Shown: one piece after another, positions 8,992 through 19,123 of the stretch
Layout of the letters: each line of letters opens with the position of its first letter
Numbering within the stretch: the stretch's first letter is position 1
Source of the DNA: Capsulimonadaceae bacterium
Lineage (GTDB): Bacteria > Armatimonadota > Armatimonadia > Armatimonadales > Capsulimonadaceae
Direction: 5' to 3'
NCBI GenBank assembly: GCA_965215505.1
Contig: OZ244065.1
Location: 5,824,001 to 5,888,000, forward strand
DNA length: 64,000 nucleotides
Notes under the pieces: model-generated
What the model saw: the letters and a program-made list of their open reading frames with translations, nothing else
Databases searched by the model: none
Told to the model about the DNA's origin: nothing
Program-made: the position numbers and the translations under genes

Positions 8992-9589
8992 TTTTGTCCT
9001 CCCCGACTGCGCTGGGTTCGTCCAGGGAAACCTTGTCATAGACCTCCGATAGGGGCAGGGAGCAGCCGAGAGAGGGGAGGAACAGGCTGGCCGCCAGCCC
9101 CTCCACGGCCCTGAACTTCCAGGAACCATCGTCCTGCCGGACGTACTGCTCGACGCGCGCCTTGTTCTGGGAAACAAGGATGTACTCTTGCAGCGAGTCC
9201 AGCCGCCGATAGTGCGCCCACTTCTCGCCCCGGTCGTAGGCTTCCGTCGTGGGCGACAGCACCTCGAACAGCACCGTCGGGTTGATGATGCTGTTCTTGT
9301 CGAGCGGGTGCCGGTGCTGCTCCCCGCAGACGACCGACACGTCCGGGTGCGTCATCAGGCCCGACTGCATGATTGTCACGCGCAGGTCGCTGTTGAAGAC
9401 TTGGCACGGCTCGCGCTTGAGCAAGTTCCCCATCTCACGCCCTATGTTGTTACCGATGGCACTATGCTCAGGGCTGCCGCCTGCCATCGCGAAGATCTGG
9501 CCGGACAGGTATTCGCTCTTGAACTCGGAGGTTTTTTCCAGTTCTATGTACTGTTCAGGCGTGTAGAATGGAACGGGTTGGGCCGACAT
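8978..9589 (-). CDS. Uma2 (DUF820) family PD-(D/E)XK-like protein
   Basis: EYLSGQIFAMAGGSPEH, HPDVSVVC, FEVLSPTTEAYDRGEK, LQEYILVSQ. Confidence 0.9.
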   Translation of the reverse strand: MSAQPVPFYTPEQYIELEKTSEFKSEYLSGQIFAMAGGSPEHSAIGNNIGREMGNLLKREPCQVFNSDLRVTIMQSGLMTHPDVSVVCGEQHRHPLDKNSIINPTVLFEVLSPTTEAYDRGEKWAHYRRLDSLQEYILVSQNKARVEQYVRQDDGSWKFRAVEGLAASLFLPSLGCSLPLSEVYDKVSLDEPSAVGEDKNVSA

Positions 9590-9634
9590 ATTTATGCCTC
9601 AGTATTTGGCGTCATACAGCGGCTGCAAAGGGAG

Positions 9635-9769
9635 CCATGCCCTGAAGGGCACGGCTAACCGGCGCAGACGCCGAGAACTACCGCTTCGCGGCAGTGGGAA
9701 AAAGGTACTAGCCCCGCGAAGCGGTGCTTGTTGGCCGAAGGCCGTCTAGCCGTGCCCTTCAGGGCATGG
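9635..9769. repeat. REPIN/MITE-like palindromic element
   Basis: Perfect 23-bp terminal inverted repeats CCATGCCCTGAAGGGCACGGCTA (9635-9657 / 9747-9769), each itself a hairpin. Inner perfect 12-bp IR at 9680-9691 / 9714-9725. Confidence 0.85.
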
Positions 9770-9774
9770 TTTTC

Positions 9775-10158
9775 TTAGCACAATGCCAAGCTGTTCCACT
9801 CTGTCAGCTTCGCTTTCATCTGCGGCTCTGACCTGAAACCCACAAGTAGTTCATGGAGGAAGCCGTTGAAAATGCAAACCAGCGTCGGCGTAGTCAGCAC
9901 ATCCCATTCTCTTGCGAGCGGCCAATTTTGCTCCTGGTCAAGATCCATCGCGTAGAAGCGCAGGCTTGTGTGGCCCTCGCGCATTCGTTGCAGCCGGGCA
10001 TCAAGGCTCCGACTGGTTGGGTCCCAGACCGCCCAGAGTAGGATTACAATTACACAGCCGCTTCCAGCCGCCTGACTGAAGCTCTCTGCTTCAATGACTG
10101 GCAGAGACGGGACATACGTTTCCATGAAAGCAGCCTTATGGAACAAGTACCACGCCAC
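9775..10158 (-). CDS. thioredoxin-fold protein lacking CxxC
   Basis: WAVWDPTS at the WCxxC position; DLDQ..LAREWDVLTTPTL..F.NG matches the thioredoxin C-terminal pattern. Confidence 0.65.
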   Translation of the reverse strand: MAWYLFHKAAFMETYVPSLPVIEAESFSQAAGSGCVIVILLWAVWDPTSRSLDARLQRMREGHTSLRFYAMDLDQEQNWPLAREWDVLTTPTLVCIFNGFLHELLVGFRSEPQMKAKLTEWNSLALC

Positions 10159-10299
10159 TCATCGGCATTCCTGCATGATTCTCCCATAGATGATCATGCC
10201 GTCTTTCCGATTAACGGCGACAAAAAGAGGGTAGAAGCCGTAATAACCACCTGCAATATTCCCCAGTCCTTTTGAAAGTCGGAAAGGCATTCATCCACC

Positions 10300-13200
10300 A
10301 TGTTCAAACTGCCACTCTTCTCGTCCAGCGGCGGCGATGGGAAGAAGCGCCAGGCCCAGCCGTTCAGCCGGATGACGCAGCACAAGGAGTCGCGGCTCGA
10401 AGGCGCGACCGTGACCGAGAGCGTCTGCCCCTACTGTGCGGTCGGGTGCGGCCAGCACATCTACACCAAGGGCGGCCAGATCATTGACATCGAGGGCAAC
10501 CCGCACTCGCCGATCAATGAGGGGACGCTATGCCCAAAGGGCGCGAACGTCTTCCAGCTCGCCCGCAACCCGCACCGGGTCAAGCATGTCCTGTATCGCG
10601 CGCCCTATGCGACCGAGTGGGAGCGGAAGCCGCTGGAGTGGGCGATGGAACGGATCGCGCAGAAAGTCCACGACGCCCGCGAACGTGGCTGGACCGAGAA
10701 GGACGACCAGGGCCAGACGATCAACGCCGTCCGCAACATCGGAACGCTGGGCGGCGCGACACTGGACAACGAAGAGAACTACCTGATCAAGAAGCTGTTC
10801 ACGGCGGGGCTGGGAGTGCTTTCCGTCGAGAATCAGGCGCGCATCTGACATTCTGCTTCCGTGCCCGGTCTGGGCGCGACATTCGGCCGCGGCGCGGCCA
10901 CACAATACCAGCAGGATCTCGCCAACAGCGACGCCATTCTCATCATGGGTTCCAACATGGCCGAGGCGCACCCGGTCGGCTTCCGCTGGCCGATGAAGGC
11001 CAAAGCCAAGGGCGGCAAGATCATCCATGTGGACCCCCGCTTCACGCGCACCTCGGCGATGGCCGACCTGCACGTCCAGATCCGGGCTGGCTCGGACATC
11101 GCGTTTTTGGGTGCGCTGGTCAACTACGTCTTGACCCAAGAGCGCTGGTTTAAAGAGTATGTGCTGGCATATTCCAACGCTTCCACGATCGTGGACGAAC
11201 GGTTCCAGGATACGGAGGCGCTGGACGGCCTGTTCAGCGGCTACGACCCGGAAACACGCTCCTACGACCCTTCCGAGGGCTACTGGAGTTACAAGCAGCC
11301 GGAGGGCGAAGACAAAGGCGATGGCGACGCTCGCGGCAAAATGTCCGGCAACTCGAACGGAGTCCACGGGCCGGGCATCCAGGGCGGGGCCAGTACGCAC
11401 AACTCCCCCCAGGGCCAGTCCACGGAGTCCAAGGCCGGGTACATCGAGCGCGACGAGACTTTGCAGGACCCGAACTGCGTCATGCAGCTTTTGCGCCGCC
11501 ACTTCGCGCGCTACACGCCTGAGATGGCCGCCGACATCTGCGGCTGCACCCCGGAGCAGGTCATCAAAGTCGCCGAAACCTTGTGCGACAATTCGGGCCG
11601 GGAGCGCACCAGCGCCCTCGTCTACGCGGTCGGCTGGACCATGCACACGACCGGCGTCCAGATCATCCGCACGGCCAGCATCCTCCAGACTTTGTTGGGG
11701 AACATGGGGCGGCCGGGAGGCGGCATCATGGCCCTGCGCGGCCACGCCAGCATCCAGGGATCTACGGACATCCCGACGCTCTACGATCTGCTGCCGGGTT
11801 ACCTGCCCCAGCCGACTTCCGAGCCGTCGCACGATACGCTGGACTCGTATGTGAAATACGAGGGCCTGCCGACCGGCTATTGGGCCAACTTCAAGGAGTT
11901 CATCGTCAGCCTGCTCAAAGCCTATTACGGTGAGGCGGCCACGAAGGCGAACGACTTCTGCTACAACTGGCTGCCGCGTCTCGACGACGACTACTCGATG
12001 ATCCTGGCCTTCCAGCGTATGGCGAAGGGCGACTTTGAGGGTTACTTCCTGTTCGGCCAGAACCCCGCCGCCGGGTCGGTCAACGCCAAGGTCGTCCGCG
12101 AAGGCTTGCGGAACCTGGACTGGCTCGTCGTCGCCGACTGGTTCGAGACGGAGAGCGCCGTCTTCTGGAAGAACGACCCGACCGGGCCGCCGCCTGAGCA
12201 AGTAGCGACCGAAGTGTTCTTCATCCCGGCGGCTTCATCCCCGGAGAAAGAGGGGACGCTGACCAACACGCAGCGGCTCATCCAATGGCACGACAAGGCT
12301 ATTGACCCGCCGGACGACTGCCGCTCGGACCTGTGGTTCCTGTACAACCTGGGCAAGCGACTAAAAAAGCTGTATGAAGGCTCGACGCAGTCGAAAGACC
12401 AGCCCCTCCTGCACCTGACCTGGGACTACGATTACGATGAGCATCCACTGCTGCCGGACGGCACGTCGAGCCGCATCGAGGGCGAGCCGGACGCCTTGAA
12501 AGTGCTTCAGGAGATCAATGGCTACCACACGACCGAGGTAGACCCGGAGACTGGCAAGTGGAAATTGCTGTCGGGCTTCTCGGACTGCAAGGATGACGGC
12601 ACGACGGCCTGCGGCGGCTGGATCTATTCCGGCGTCACGCCCGCGCCAAATGTCAACCGCGCCCGCGACCGGGTCCGCACGCCGGACAACCCGCTGGACC
12701 CCAAATGGGGCTACGCCTGGCCTCATAACCGGCGCGTCCTGTACAATCGGGCCAGCGCGGACCCCGAGGGTAACCCCTGGTCGGAGCGCAAGAAGCTGAT
12801 CTGGTGGGACAAGGCCGAGAAGAAGTGGACCGGCGACGACGAGCCGGACTTTGAGCCGGACAAGGACCCCGCCTACCGCGCCCCCAAAGACGCCGTTGGG
12901 ATGAAGGCCATTGACGGCGATGCGCCGTTCATCATGCACCCGGACGGCCTGGCCTGGCTGTTCGCGCCCGGCGGGACTAAGGATGCGCCGCTTCCGACCC
13001 ACTACGAGCCGGTCGAGTCGCCAGTCCGCAACCTGCTCTACAATGCGACGCAGGACAACCCGACGACGCGCTATTTCGCCGACCTGCCGGGGAACCAATT
13101 GGCGCGCTACCCGGAGGATGATTTCCCGGTCGTCGCCTGCACCTTCCGGCTGACGGAACACTACCTGAGCGGCCCGATGTCGCGGTTCAACTCGTGGCTG

Positions 13201-13674
13201 AACGAGCTGATGCCTTCCATGTTCATCGAGATCGGCCCGGAACTCGCCGCCGAGCATGGCATTTCGAACGGGGACTGGATGACCTGCGAGTCGAAGCGGG
13301 CGAAGATCGAGGCCCGCGCCCTGGTGACGCGGCGCACCAAGCCGATGGTCATTGACGGCAAGACGATCCACCAGGTCGGCATCCCGTTCCAGTGGGGCTT
13401 CGCGGGCGAGGTGGTCGGCAGCAGCGCCAACGACTTGACCTCGCTCGTCGCTGACCCGAACGTGACGATGCACGAGGCGAAGGTCTTCGCCTGCCGCGTC
13501 CGCGCGGGCCGGGCCGACGACCAGCCGCGCGAGCCGACGGCGAAGATGGAGCAATGGGCTAACCGTGAGCCGGTCCCGGACACGCCTGCGGGCGCACAGC
13601 CCGAGGGCCATTTGGGGAGGCACTTGCGTCAGGACGGGCCGACCATCGGCCCCGTAGAGAAGAAGCAACCATGA
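10300..13674 (+). CDS. fdnG: formate dehydrogenase alpha subunit, selenocysteine-containing (UGA at 10846-10848)
   Basis: CPYCAVGCG..LCPKG Fe-S motif. ENQARI-TGA-HSASVPGLGATFGRG is the conserved Sec site; ORFs 10300..10848 and 10861..13674 are in frame. Molybdopterin motifs AEAHPVG, LRGHASIQG, RLTEHY. Confidence 0.95.
10846..10877 (+). promoter_or_regulatory. SECIS element of the FDH alpha subunit
   Basis: GTGCCC-GGTCT-GGGCGC hairpin beginning 12 nt after UGA, with a G-containing apical loop. Confidence 0.85.
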
Positions 13675-14522
13675 TCCAACTAGAAATGATGCAGAGCCTG
13701 GGCAACGCCTTCCCGCCCCGGCGGACGGAGGTTCCAAGCCCCGGCCCGGACGGGCAGGACCAGATGGGCTTCTTCACCGACACCAGCCTTTGCATCGGCT
13801 GCAAGGCCTGCGAGGTCGCCTGCAAGCAGTGGAACCAACTGCCCTCGGACGGCTTCAAGTTCACCGGGAACTCCTACGACAACACGGAGGCGCTGTCGGC
13901 GACGACTTGGCGGCACGTCGCGTTCCAGGAGCAGATCGGCGAAACGTCGTCGCGGTGGCTGATGATGAGCGACGTCTGTAAGCACTGCGAGGATGCGCCC
14001 TGCGTCCAGTCCTGCCCGACCGGGGCGCTGATCTATAACGAGTACGGCAACGTCTACGTCCAGGATGACATTTGCAACGGCTGCGGGTACTGCGTCTCGG
14101 CCTGCCCATTCGGCGTGATCGGGCGCTCCTCAGAAGACGGCCACGCCCACAAATGCACACTCTGTTATGACCGCCAGAAGGGCGGGATGCAGCCCGCCTG
14201 CGCCAAAGCCTGCCCGACGGCGTCCATCCAGTTCGGGCCTGTGGACAAGCTCCGGGAACACGCCCGCCAGCGCGTCGAGGACCTGCGCGCGCAGGGCAAC
14301 GACAGCGCCTATCTTTATGGGGCAGAGTCGGTTGGCGATTACGGAAGCCTGAATTCGTTCTTCCTGCTGGAAGACCACCCGAACCGCTACAACCTGCCGG
14401 AAGCCCCGCCGCAGCCGCTCAAGACGCAGAACAAGCGCTACGCGGCCAGCCTCCTGACGGGGCTGGCCTTGACCGCGCTGGCGGGCCTGTTCCTGGCGAA
14501 AGGGGCGAGTGATGCCGCCTGA
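13671..14522 (+). CDS. fdnH: formate dehydrogenase beta (4Fe-4S) subunit with C-terminal TM anchor
   Basis: CIGCKACEVAC, CKHCEDAPC, CNGCGYCVSACP, KCTLC..PACAKACP; hydrophobic C-terminus. Confidence 0.9.
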   Translation: MIQLEMMQSLGNAFPPRRTEVPSPGPDGQDQMGFFTDTSLCIGCKACEVACKQWNQLPSDGFKFTGNSYDNTEALSATTWRHVAFQEQIGETSSRWLMMSDVCKHCEDAPCVQSCPTGALIYNEYGNVYVQDDICNGCGYCVSACPFGVIGRSSEDGHAHKCTLCYDRQKGGMQPACAKACPTASIQFGPVDKLREHARQRVEDLRAQGNDSAYLYGAESVGDYGSLNSFFLLEDHPNRYNLPEAPPQPLKTQNKRYAASLLTGLALTALAGLFLAKGASDAA

Positions 14523-15618
14523 GACAGAGACGCGGGGCCGCTGGGACGCCGTGGACGGCATCCCGGTCAACAAGACACCCGACGACATAACGCCCTTCGA
14601 GCAGACCTTGAAGCAGAAGCCTTTCACCGAGGGCCTGCCCGCTTTCAGCACGGGCGACAAGAAGGACGGCACTCCCGCCTATTACGACATCCCGCTGCTG
14701 AAAGCGCCGGTCTGGACGCACGAGGTCGGCATCTACTTCTTCCTGGGCGGCATGTCCTCCAGCGCGTTCAGCATCGCGCGGATGGCGGACCGCTTCGGGC
14801 GGGGCAAGTACCGGAACGTGACGCAGGTTGGCACGACGATCGCCGCCCTGACGGCCCTGCCCTGTGCGCCACTGCTGATCTGGGACCTCGGGGACCGCAC
14901 CCGGTTCCATCACATGCTGCGCGTCTGGAAGCCCTCCTCGCCGATGAACCTGGGGAGTTGGACGCTGACCGTTTACACCCTCATGGGCGGCATTGCCGCC
15001 CTGCGCGAGTTCCTGCGGGTCCTGCGGAAAGACGCGCCGCTCACCGGAACCGCGAGGGCGGTGGACGAAACGGCGGGCCTGGTCGCCGACGGCGTGGGCG
15101 TCCCACTCGGCCTGTTGCTGGCCGGCTATACGGGCGTCCTGCTGTCCACGACGGCAAACCCGCTATGGAGCCGCAACTCCTGGATCGGTGCCCTCTTCAG
15201 TGCAAGTGCTGTCGCGGCTGGCTCGGGGGCCATCAAGCTGTCCCTGGAGGTGCTGGGGCAGGAGGGCGCGGCGACCGAAGCATTAGGAAAGGTCGAGTCG
15301 GCGGCCCACGCCGTCGAGGCCGTCTGCCACGCCGGGTTCTTGGCGCAGGCCGGCCCGCTGGCGAAGCCGCTGACGCAGGGCGAGTTCAAGCACGAGTACC
15401 TGTGGGGCGCGATTGGGGCGGGGATCGTCCTGCCGGAACTGCTGAACTGCATTCCCGCGCCCAAGCCCGCAAAACGCTGGCTGACGGTCGCGGCGGGCCT
15501 CGCCGCCCTGGCCGGCGGCTTCGCCCTGCGCTCGGCCTTCGTCGCCGCCGGCAAGCCCGCCGCCGACGACCCGGACCTATCCCGTCTGGCGACCGGCGAG
15601 AGAGGCGGCACGGCATGA
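14509..15618 (+). CDS. NrfD/PsrC family membrane anchor subunit
   Basis: YYDIPLLKAPVW..YFFLGG, LIWDLG..RFHHML, SPMNLGSW, YTGVLL; multiple TM helices. Confidence 0.88.
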   Translation: MMPPETETRGRWDAVDGIPVNKTPDDITPFEQTLKQKPFTEGLPAFSTGDKKDGTPAYYDIPLLKAPVWTHEVGIYFFLGGMSSSAFSIARMADRFGRGKYRNVTQVGTTIAALTALPCAPLLIWDLGDRTRFHHMLRVWKPSSPMNLGSWTLTVYTLMGGIAALREFLRVLRKDAPLTGTARAVDETAGLVADGVGVPLGLLLAGYTGVLLSTTANPLWSRNSWIGALFSASAVAAGSGAIKLSLEVLGQEGAATEALGKVESAAHAVEAVCHAGFLAQAGPLAKPLTQGEFKHEYLWGAIGAGIVLPELLNCIPAPKPAKRWLTVAAGLAALAGGFALRSAFVAAGKPAADDPDLSRLATGERGGTA

Positions 15619-16013
15619 AAGTCCGCTGGAACCGAGACAGCGTCCGCCTGCGTATCACACCTTCGGAGATGGCGATGATCCTGGGCGGCGAACAGGTCGC
15701 GGAGGAGCTTTGTTTCCCCGGCGGGGCGGCCTGGCGGATCGTCGTCAATGCCGGGCCGCAGACCGCCCTTGCCTCGGAAAGCAGCGCCGCAAGCGTCGCC
15801 CTCTCGGCGGAGGACCGCGAAAAGCTTGCCGAGCCGGACGCCGAGGGCGTCTACCTTCAGGCTGGCGGCCTGCGCTACTACATCGAGAAAGACTTCCCGT
15901 GCGTCCACAAGCGCGGTGCCGAGGCATTAGAACCGGACACGGAGACGTTCGTCCCCCCGGCGGGGTTTGAAGAGCGTAAGTTAGAAACGGAGACGGAGAT
16001 AAATGGCGACTGA
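15615..16013 (+). CDS. conserved hypothetical protein at the end of the fdh operon
   Basis: ATG overlaps the NrfD stop. MKVRWNRDSVRLRITPSE..IEKDFPC. Confidence 0.7.
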   Translation: MKVRWNRDSVRLRITPSEMAMILGGEQVAEELCFPGGAAWRIVVNAGPQTALASESSAASVALSAEDREKLAEPDAEGVYLQAGGLRYYIEKDFPCVHKRGAEALEPDTETFVPPAGFEERKLETETEINGD

Positions 16014-16410
16014 TCTGGTACGCTGGGGCTATACGCCGGACGGCGACGGTGGGCGTGACAGCGAGAATGAGAAAGAGGACGAGTGGAACCGGCCCCCGGT
16101 TGAACCGCGCCCGCACCGGCGCTCCGGCCCGATCCATGATGGCCGCAGTGAGTTCGGCGCGCGCCAGGCGGACCGGGAAGCTGCCGACGCGCAGGCGCGG
16201 GGCGATGTCTCCTTCGCCAAGATGCGCGAGGGAGACGCCGCCGACCTGCGCCAGAGCCGCTGGGACTGGGGCGATGCGCGGACGTGGATATGGATCGTCG
16301 GCATGTGCCTCGCGTTTCTGCTGGTCAACATTCTCATCTACTATATGCCCTATGGCCGTCACAACCAAAACGACGGGACCAATCCGACGCCCACCATCCG
16401 CGTTTACTAA
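16003..16410 (+). CDS. hypothetical single-TM protein
   Basis: Overlaps the upstream stop; GGAG SD; hydrophobic WIWIVGMCLAFLLVNILIYY. Confidence 0.55.
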   Translation: MATDLVRWGYTPDGDGGRDSENEKEDEWNRPPVEPRPHRRSGPIHDGRSEFGARQADREAADAQARGDVSFAKMREGDAADLRQSRWDWGDARTWIWIVGMCLAFLLVNILIYYMPYGRHNQNDGTNPTPTIRVY

Positions 16411-16449
16411 CCCCGCTTGATGCCCTTCCGCCCCTTCGATTAGGTCCTC

Positions 16450-18096
16450 TTGGCGGGAGGCATCTCGCGTCACTTCCGGGGTGCTGCTGTTCTACCTCGG
16501 TTCCCCGTGAACGCGCGCTCCCTTTTCCGGCAGAAGGAAACCGGGACAGCCGCGCCGAACGATGTGACAGTGTTATCTTCCTCCCCTTCAGAGCCTTTGT
16601 GGGACAAGCGGGCCTGGTTCCTCGGCCTGCTCCTGAGCAACCTCGCCGGTCTGCTGCTGTTCTGCGCCTGCTACCCGACCTCCCGCCGCTTCCTGGAGTC
16701 TGCTTTTCCCTACTCGGTGTTCGGCTTCGATACCGATGACTCGCTTGGCATAGTAGGCGTAGGGCTTGGCATGATCTTTGCCCCTGCGATCATGTCAGGT
16801 ATAGCAGGCCGCTTTTACGCACTTTGGGGGCTGCTGCCATTCCCCTTGTTCTCTGTATGGTTTTCTGCCGCTGCCGTCGTTGCCTATGTGCCCATAGATT
16901 TAGACGGCAGCGTCGTTCTTTCAACAGCAGTGATCTGCTGGGGCGTTTCTTCATGGCCTATCTCTCTGGTCCGGTATTACCTCCAGCGCCACCGTAAAAT
17001 CGCGGTGCCTACCGCTCGCTCCGCCTTCGAGCCGCCGCCCCGAAGCCGTTTTGCTGCCACCAGTGTCACTGCCGCATTTACCGCGATCACACTCCTCGGC
17101 TGGTACAATCTCAAACACCCTGCCTCCCTTGGAGTCAATGCCCGTACTTCTTGGCGGCTCGGAGCGGAGGCTCATGTCCCTCTCATTATAAATGACAGGA
17201 AGGTTTACATGAATGCATGGTTCGGTGGCAAAAAAGAAGTCTGCCGGTTGGATACCGGCATGGACACAGTTGAGTGGTCGAAAAGGTTACACCTTCGGGG
17301 AAACCCGACCAGGGAGTATGGACAAAGCTGTGACCCAACAGGAAGTTGTGTTGATACCCAGACCGTCATACTGCCGGATGTTCGCATCGGAAATTATGGA
17401 GTGGCCGACCTGCCGACAGATGCCATAGGGATTGACCTGAACCCGCTATCAGTCTTTCGTCCGACCGACGTTAATCCTGAAGTGACGCTTGGCAACGCCG
17501 CTTTCATTCAAACCGTGATGACGGTAGATTACCGGAACAGGGAGTTGACCCTCCGCCCATCCAAATACAACTTCATGCAGCATCTGAAGGAAGGGGATCG
17601 AGTCTTACAGATGCGTTGGGCGACGGACGATGGGGATAACAACCAGGAGCGCAGGCTTTACGGCTGGCCCGCCGTTCGGGTATCGGTTGACGGGGCTTCT
17701 TTCTGGTGTACCCTGGACACAGGATGGGATGGACCGGAACTCGGCCTGACGGGAGATTTCATGAAGCGCCATCCTTCCGTCGGGGGAGCTAAACACGATC
17801 TATTCCAGTTCGGCGCGATGCACGGCTCCGCACAGGTGGAGCGCCTCCACGACCTCAACGTCACCCTCCCTTGTTCCTGGCCGCCGCACACGGCTCCTCT
17901 CCCTCTGCGAATGGACGGCCTGGTCACGCCGACGCTCTATGGAGGTGATGGGGTGATCGGCCTCGCCCTGATGAGGCGCTACCGCATCACGATAGACTAT
18001 CAAAGGGGGCGCGTCCTGCTGGAGCCTTACGCACAGGACGGGCTAGGCCGGAAGCAGGAGAAGGCAGGGCCGAAGCCGAAACAAAAGGCCATATGA
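16450..18096 (+). CDS. membrane protein with tandem retropepsin-like aspartyl protease domains (start uncertain)
   Basis: N-terminal TM helices; two LDTG motifs (CRLDTGM, CTLDTGW); GVIGLALMRRYRITIDY. Confidence 0.75.
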   Translation: MAGGISRHFRGAAVLPRFPVNARSLFRQKETGTAAPNDVTVLSSSPSEPLWDKRAWFLGLLLSNLAGLLLFCACYPTSRRFLESAFPYSVFGFDTDDSLGIVGVGLGMIFAPAIMSGIAGRFYALWGLLPFPLFSVWFSAAAVVAYVPIDLDGSVVLSTAVICWGVSSWPISLVRYYLQRHRKIAVPTARSAFEPPPRSRFAATSVTAAFTAITLLGWYNLKHPASLGVNARTSWRLGAEAHVPLIINDRKVYMNAWFGGKKEVCRLDTGMDTVEWSKRLHLRGNPTREYGQSCDPTGSCVDTQTVILPDVRIGNYGVADLPTDAIGIDLNPLSVFRPTDVNPEVTLGNAAFIQTVMTVDYRNRELTLRPSKYNFMQHLKEGDRVLQMRWATDDGDNNQERRLYGWPAVRVSVDGASFWCTLDTGWDGPELGLTGDFMKRHPSVGGAKHDLFQFGAMHGSAQVERLHDLNVTLPCSWPPHTAPLPLRMDGLVTPTLYGGDGVIGLALMRRYRITIDYQRGRVLLEPYAQDGLGRKQEKAGPKPKQKAI

Positions 18097-18788
18097 TCTT
18101 GAGGAAACACTTCGGCCCCTCGGGCCTGCTGTTGGTCGGCGCGCTGTGCGGCCTGTTTGGCGCGGGCTGCCGCACGGGGTCGCAGCCGGAGGGGGGGACG
18201 GCCCAGGTGCGGCTGATCAATGCCGTGCCGGACTCGGGGGGGCTGAACGTCTCCGCCGACGGGCGGCGCGTCTGGACGCGGGCGCTGTTCCGCAGCAGCA
18301 CCGGCTACCAGGGGGTCAATGCCGGAACCTACCCGGTGCGTCTGGATTCTGCCGCGTTCGGCGCGACGCTGCTGGTGCGGCCCATTTCGTTTGAAAAGGG
18401 CCACGATTACACGGTGCTTGTCCTGGGGCAGATGCGGAATGGGGGGAGGCCGGTGGAGGCGCAGGTGGTGGAGGACGACACGCCGGGTCGGGTCGAGCAG
18501 GGCAAAACGACCCTGCGGCTGGTCAACGCGGCGTTGGGGCTTGAGCCGGTGGATTTGGTCGTCAGCAACATCGTCGGCCTCCAGAACGTCGCCTACGGCA
18601 AGCGCAGCCCGGCCCTGACGCTGGACGGCGGCTCTTACGACCTGAAAATCGTCCCCGCTGAGACGCCGGACACGCTAGTCGGACCGATCACACTGCGCCT
18701 CGAACCGGGCCGCGCCTATACGCTGGTCGTGATGGGCCGGGCATCCGACGGCACACTCAGCCTGGAAGCCTTCCCGGACGCCCCGTGA
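18093..18788 (+). CDS. DUF4397-like lipoprotein
   Basis: Lipobox-like FGAGC; duplicated VRLINAVPD / LRLVNAALG..YTVLVLG / YTLVVMG repeats. Confidence 0.75.
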   Translation: MILRKHFGPSGLLLVGALCGLFGAGCRTGSQPEGGTAQVRLINAVPDSGGLNVSADGRRVWTRALFRSSTGYQGVNAGTYPVRLDSAAFGATLLVRPISFEKGHDYTVLVLGQMRNGGRPVEAQVVEDDTPGRVEQGKTTLRLVNAALGLEPVDLVVSNIVGLQNVAYGKRSPALTLDGGSYDLKIVPAETPDTLVGPITLRLEPGRAYTLVVMGRASDGTLSLEAFPDAP

Positions 18789-18790
18789 AA

Positions 18791-18815
18791 AGGGCGCGAT
18801 GAATCACGCCCCTAC
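18791..18815 (-). repeat. GTAG-type REP palindrome
   Basis: Reverse complement GTAGGGGCGTGATTCATCGCGCCCT, between convergent genes; near-identical copy at 20265-20289. Confidence 0.75.
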
Positions 18816-19114
18816 TTGCCGCGCTCGATGTAATCGCAGACGCGGCGGTAGGACGTGGTCAGGTAATCCGACATCAGCAGCTCACGGCTGCCCTCGTAGT
18901 ACCACTTCGTCCGCTCGCCCAGGTTCTCGTCGGGATCGCCGATCTGATAGGTCGCGATCTCGCGCGGCAGGGCGTAGGCGCGGCCCGTTGCCTGATCCAC
19001 GGCTTTGAAGGCCGTCTTGAAGATGTGGTCCTTGTCCTTGAAGTTTTCGTCCCAGGTCATCGTGACCTCGTAGTCGCGCCCGTCAACGCAGTGGTATCGG
19101 CTTTTCTTTTCCAT
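18812..19114 (-). CDS. hypothetical protein (100 aa)
   Basis: AGGA SD; coding-like codon usage; directly downstream of the CoA-binding gene. Confidence 0.7.
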   Translation of the reverse strand: MEKKSRYHCVDGRDYEVTMTWDENFKDKDHIFKTAFKAVDQATGRAYALPREIATYQIGDPDENLGERTKWYYEGSRELLMSDYLTTSYRRVCDYIERGK

Positions 19115-19123
19115 AATGTCCTA

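Noticed and set aside
583-10300. Genomic island integrated at selC
   Set aside because: No integrase and no duplicated tRNA 3' end were seen; fdhD follows the tRNA directly.
10528-13737. Long antisense ORFs (e.g. 10528..12201, 12361..13737; likewise 2261..3859, 21613..23490, 30901..32640, 32675..34477, 44465..45724)
   Set aside because: Shadow frames of real high-GC genes with no recognisable motifs.
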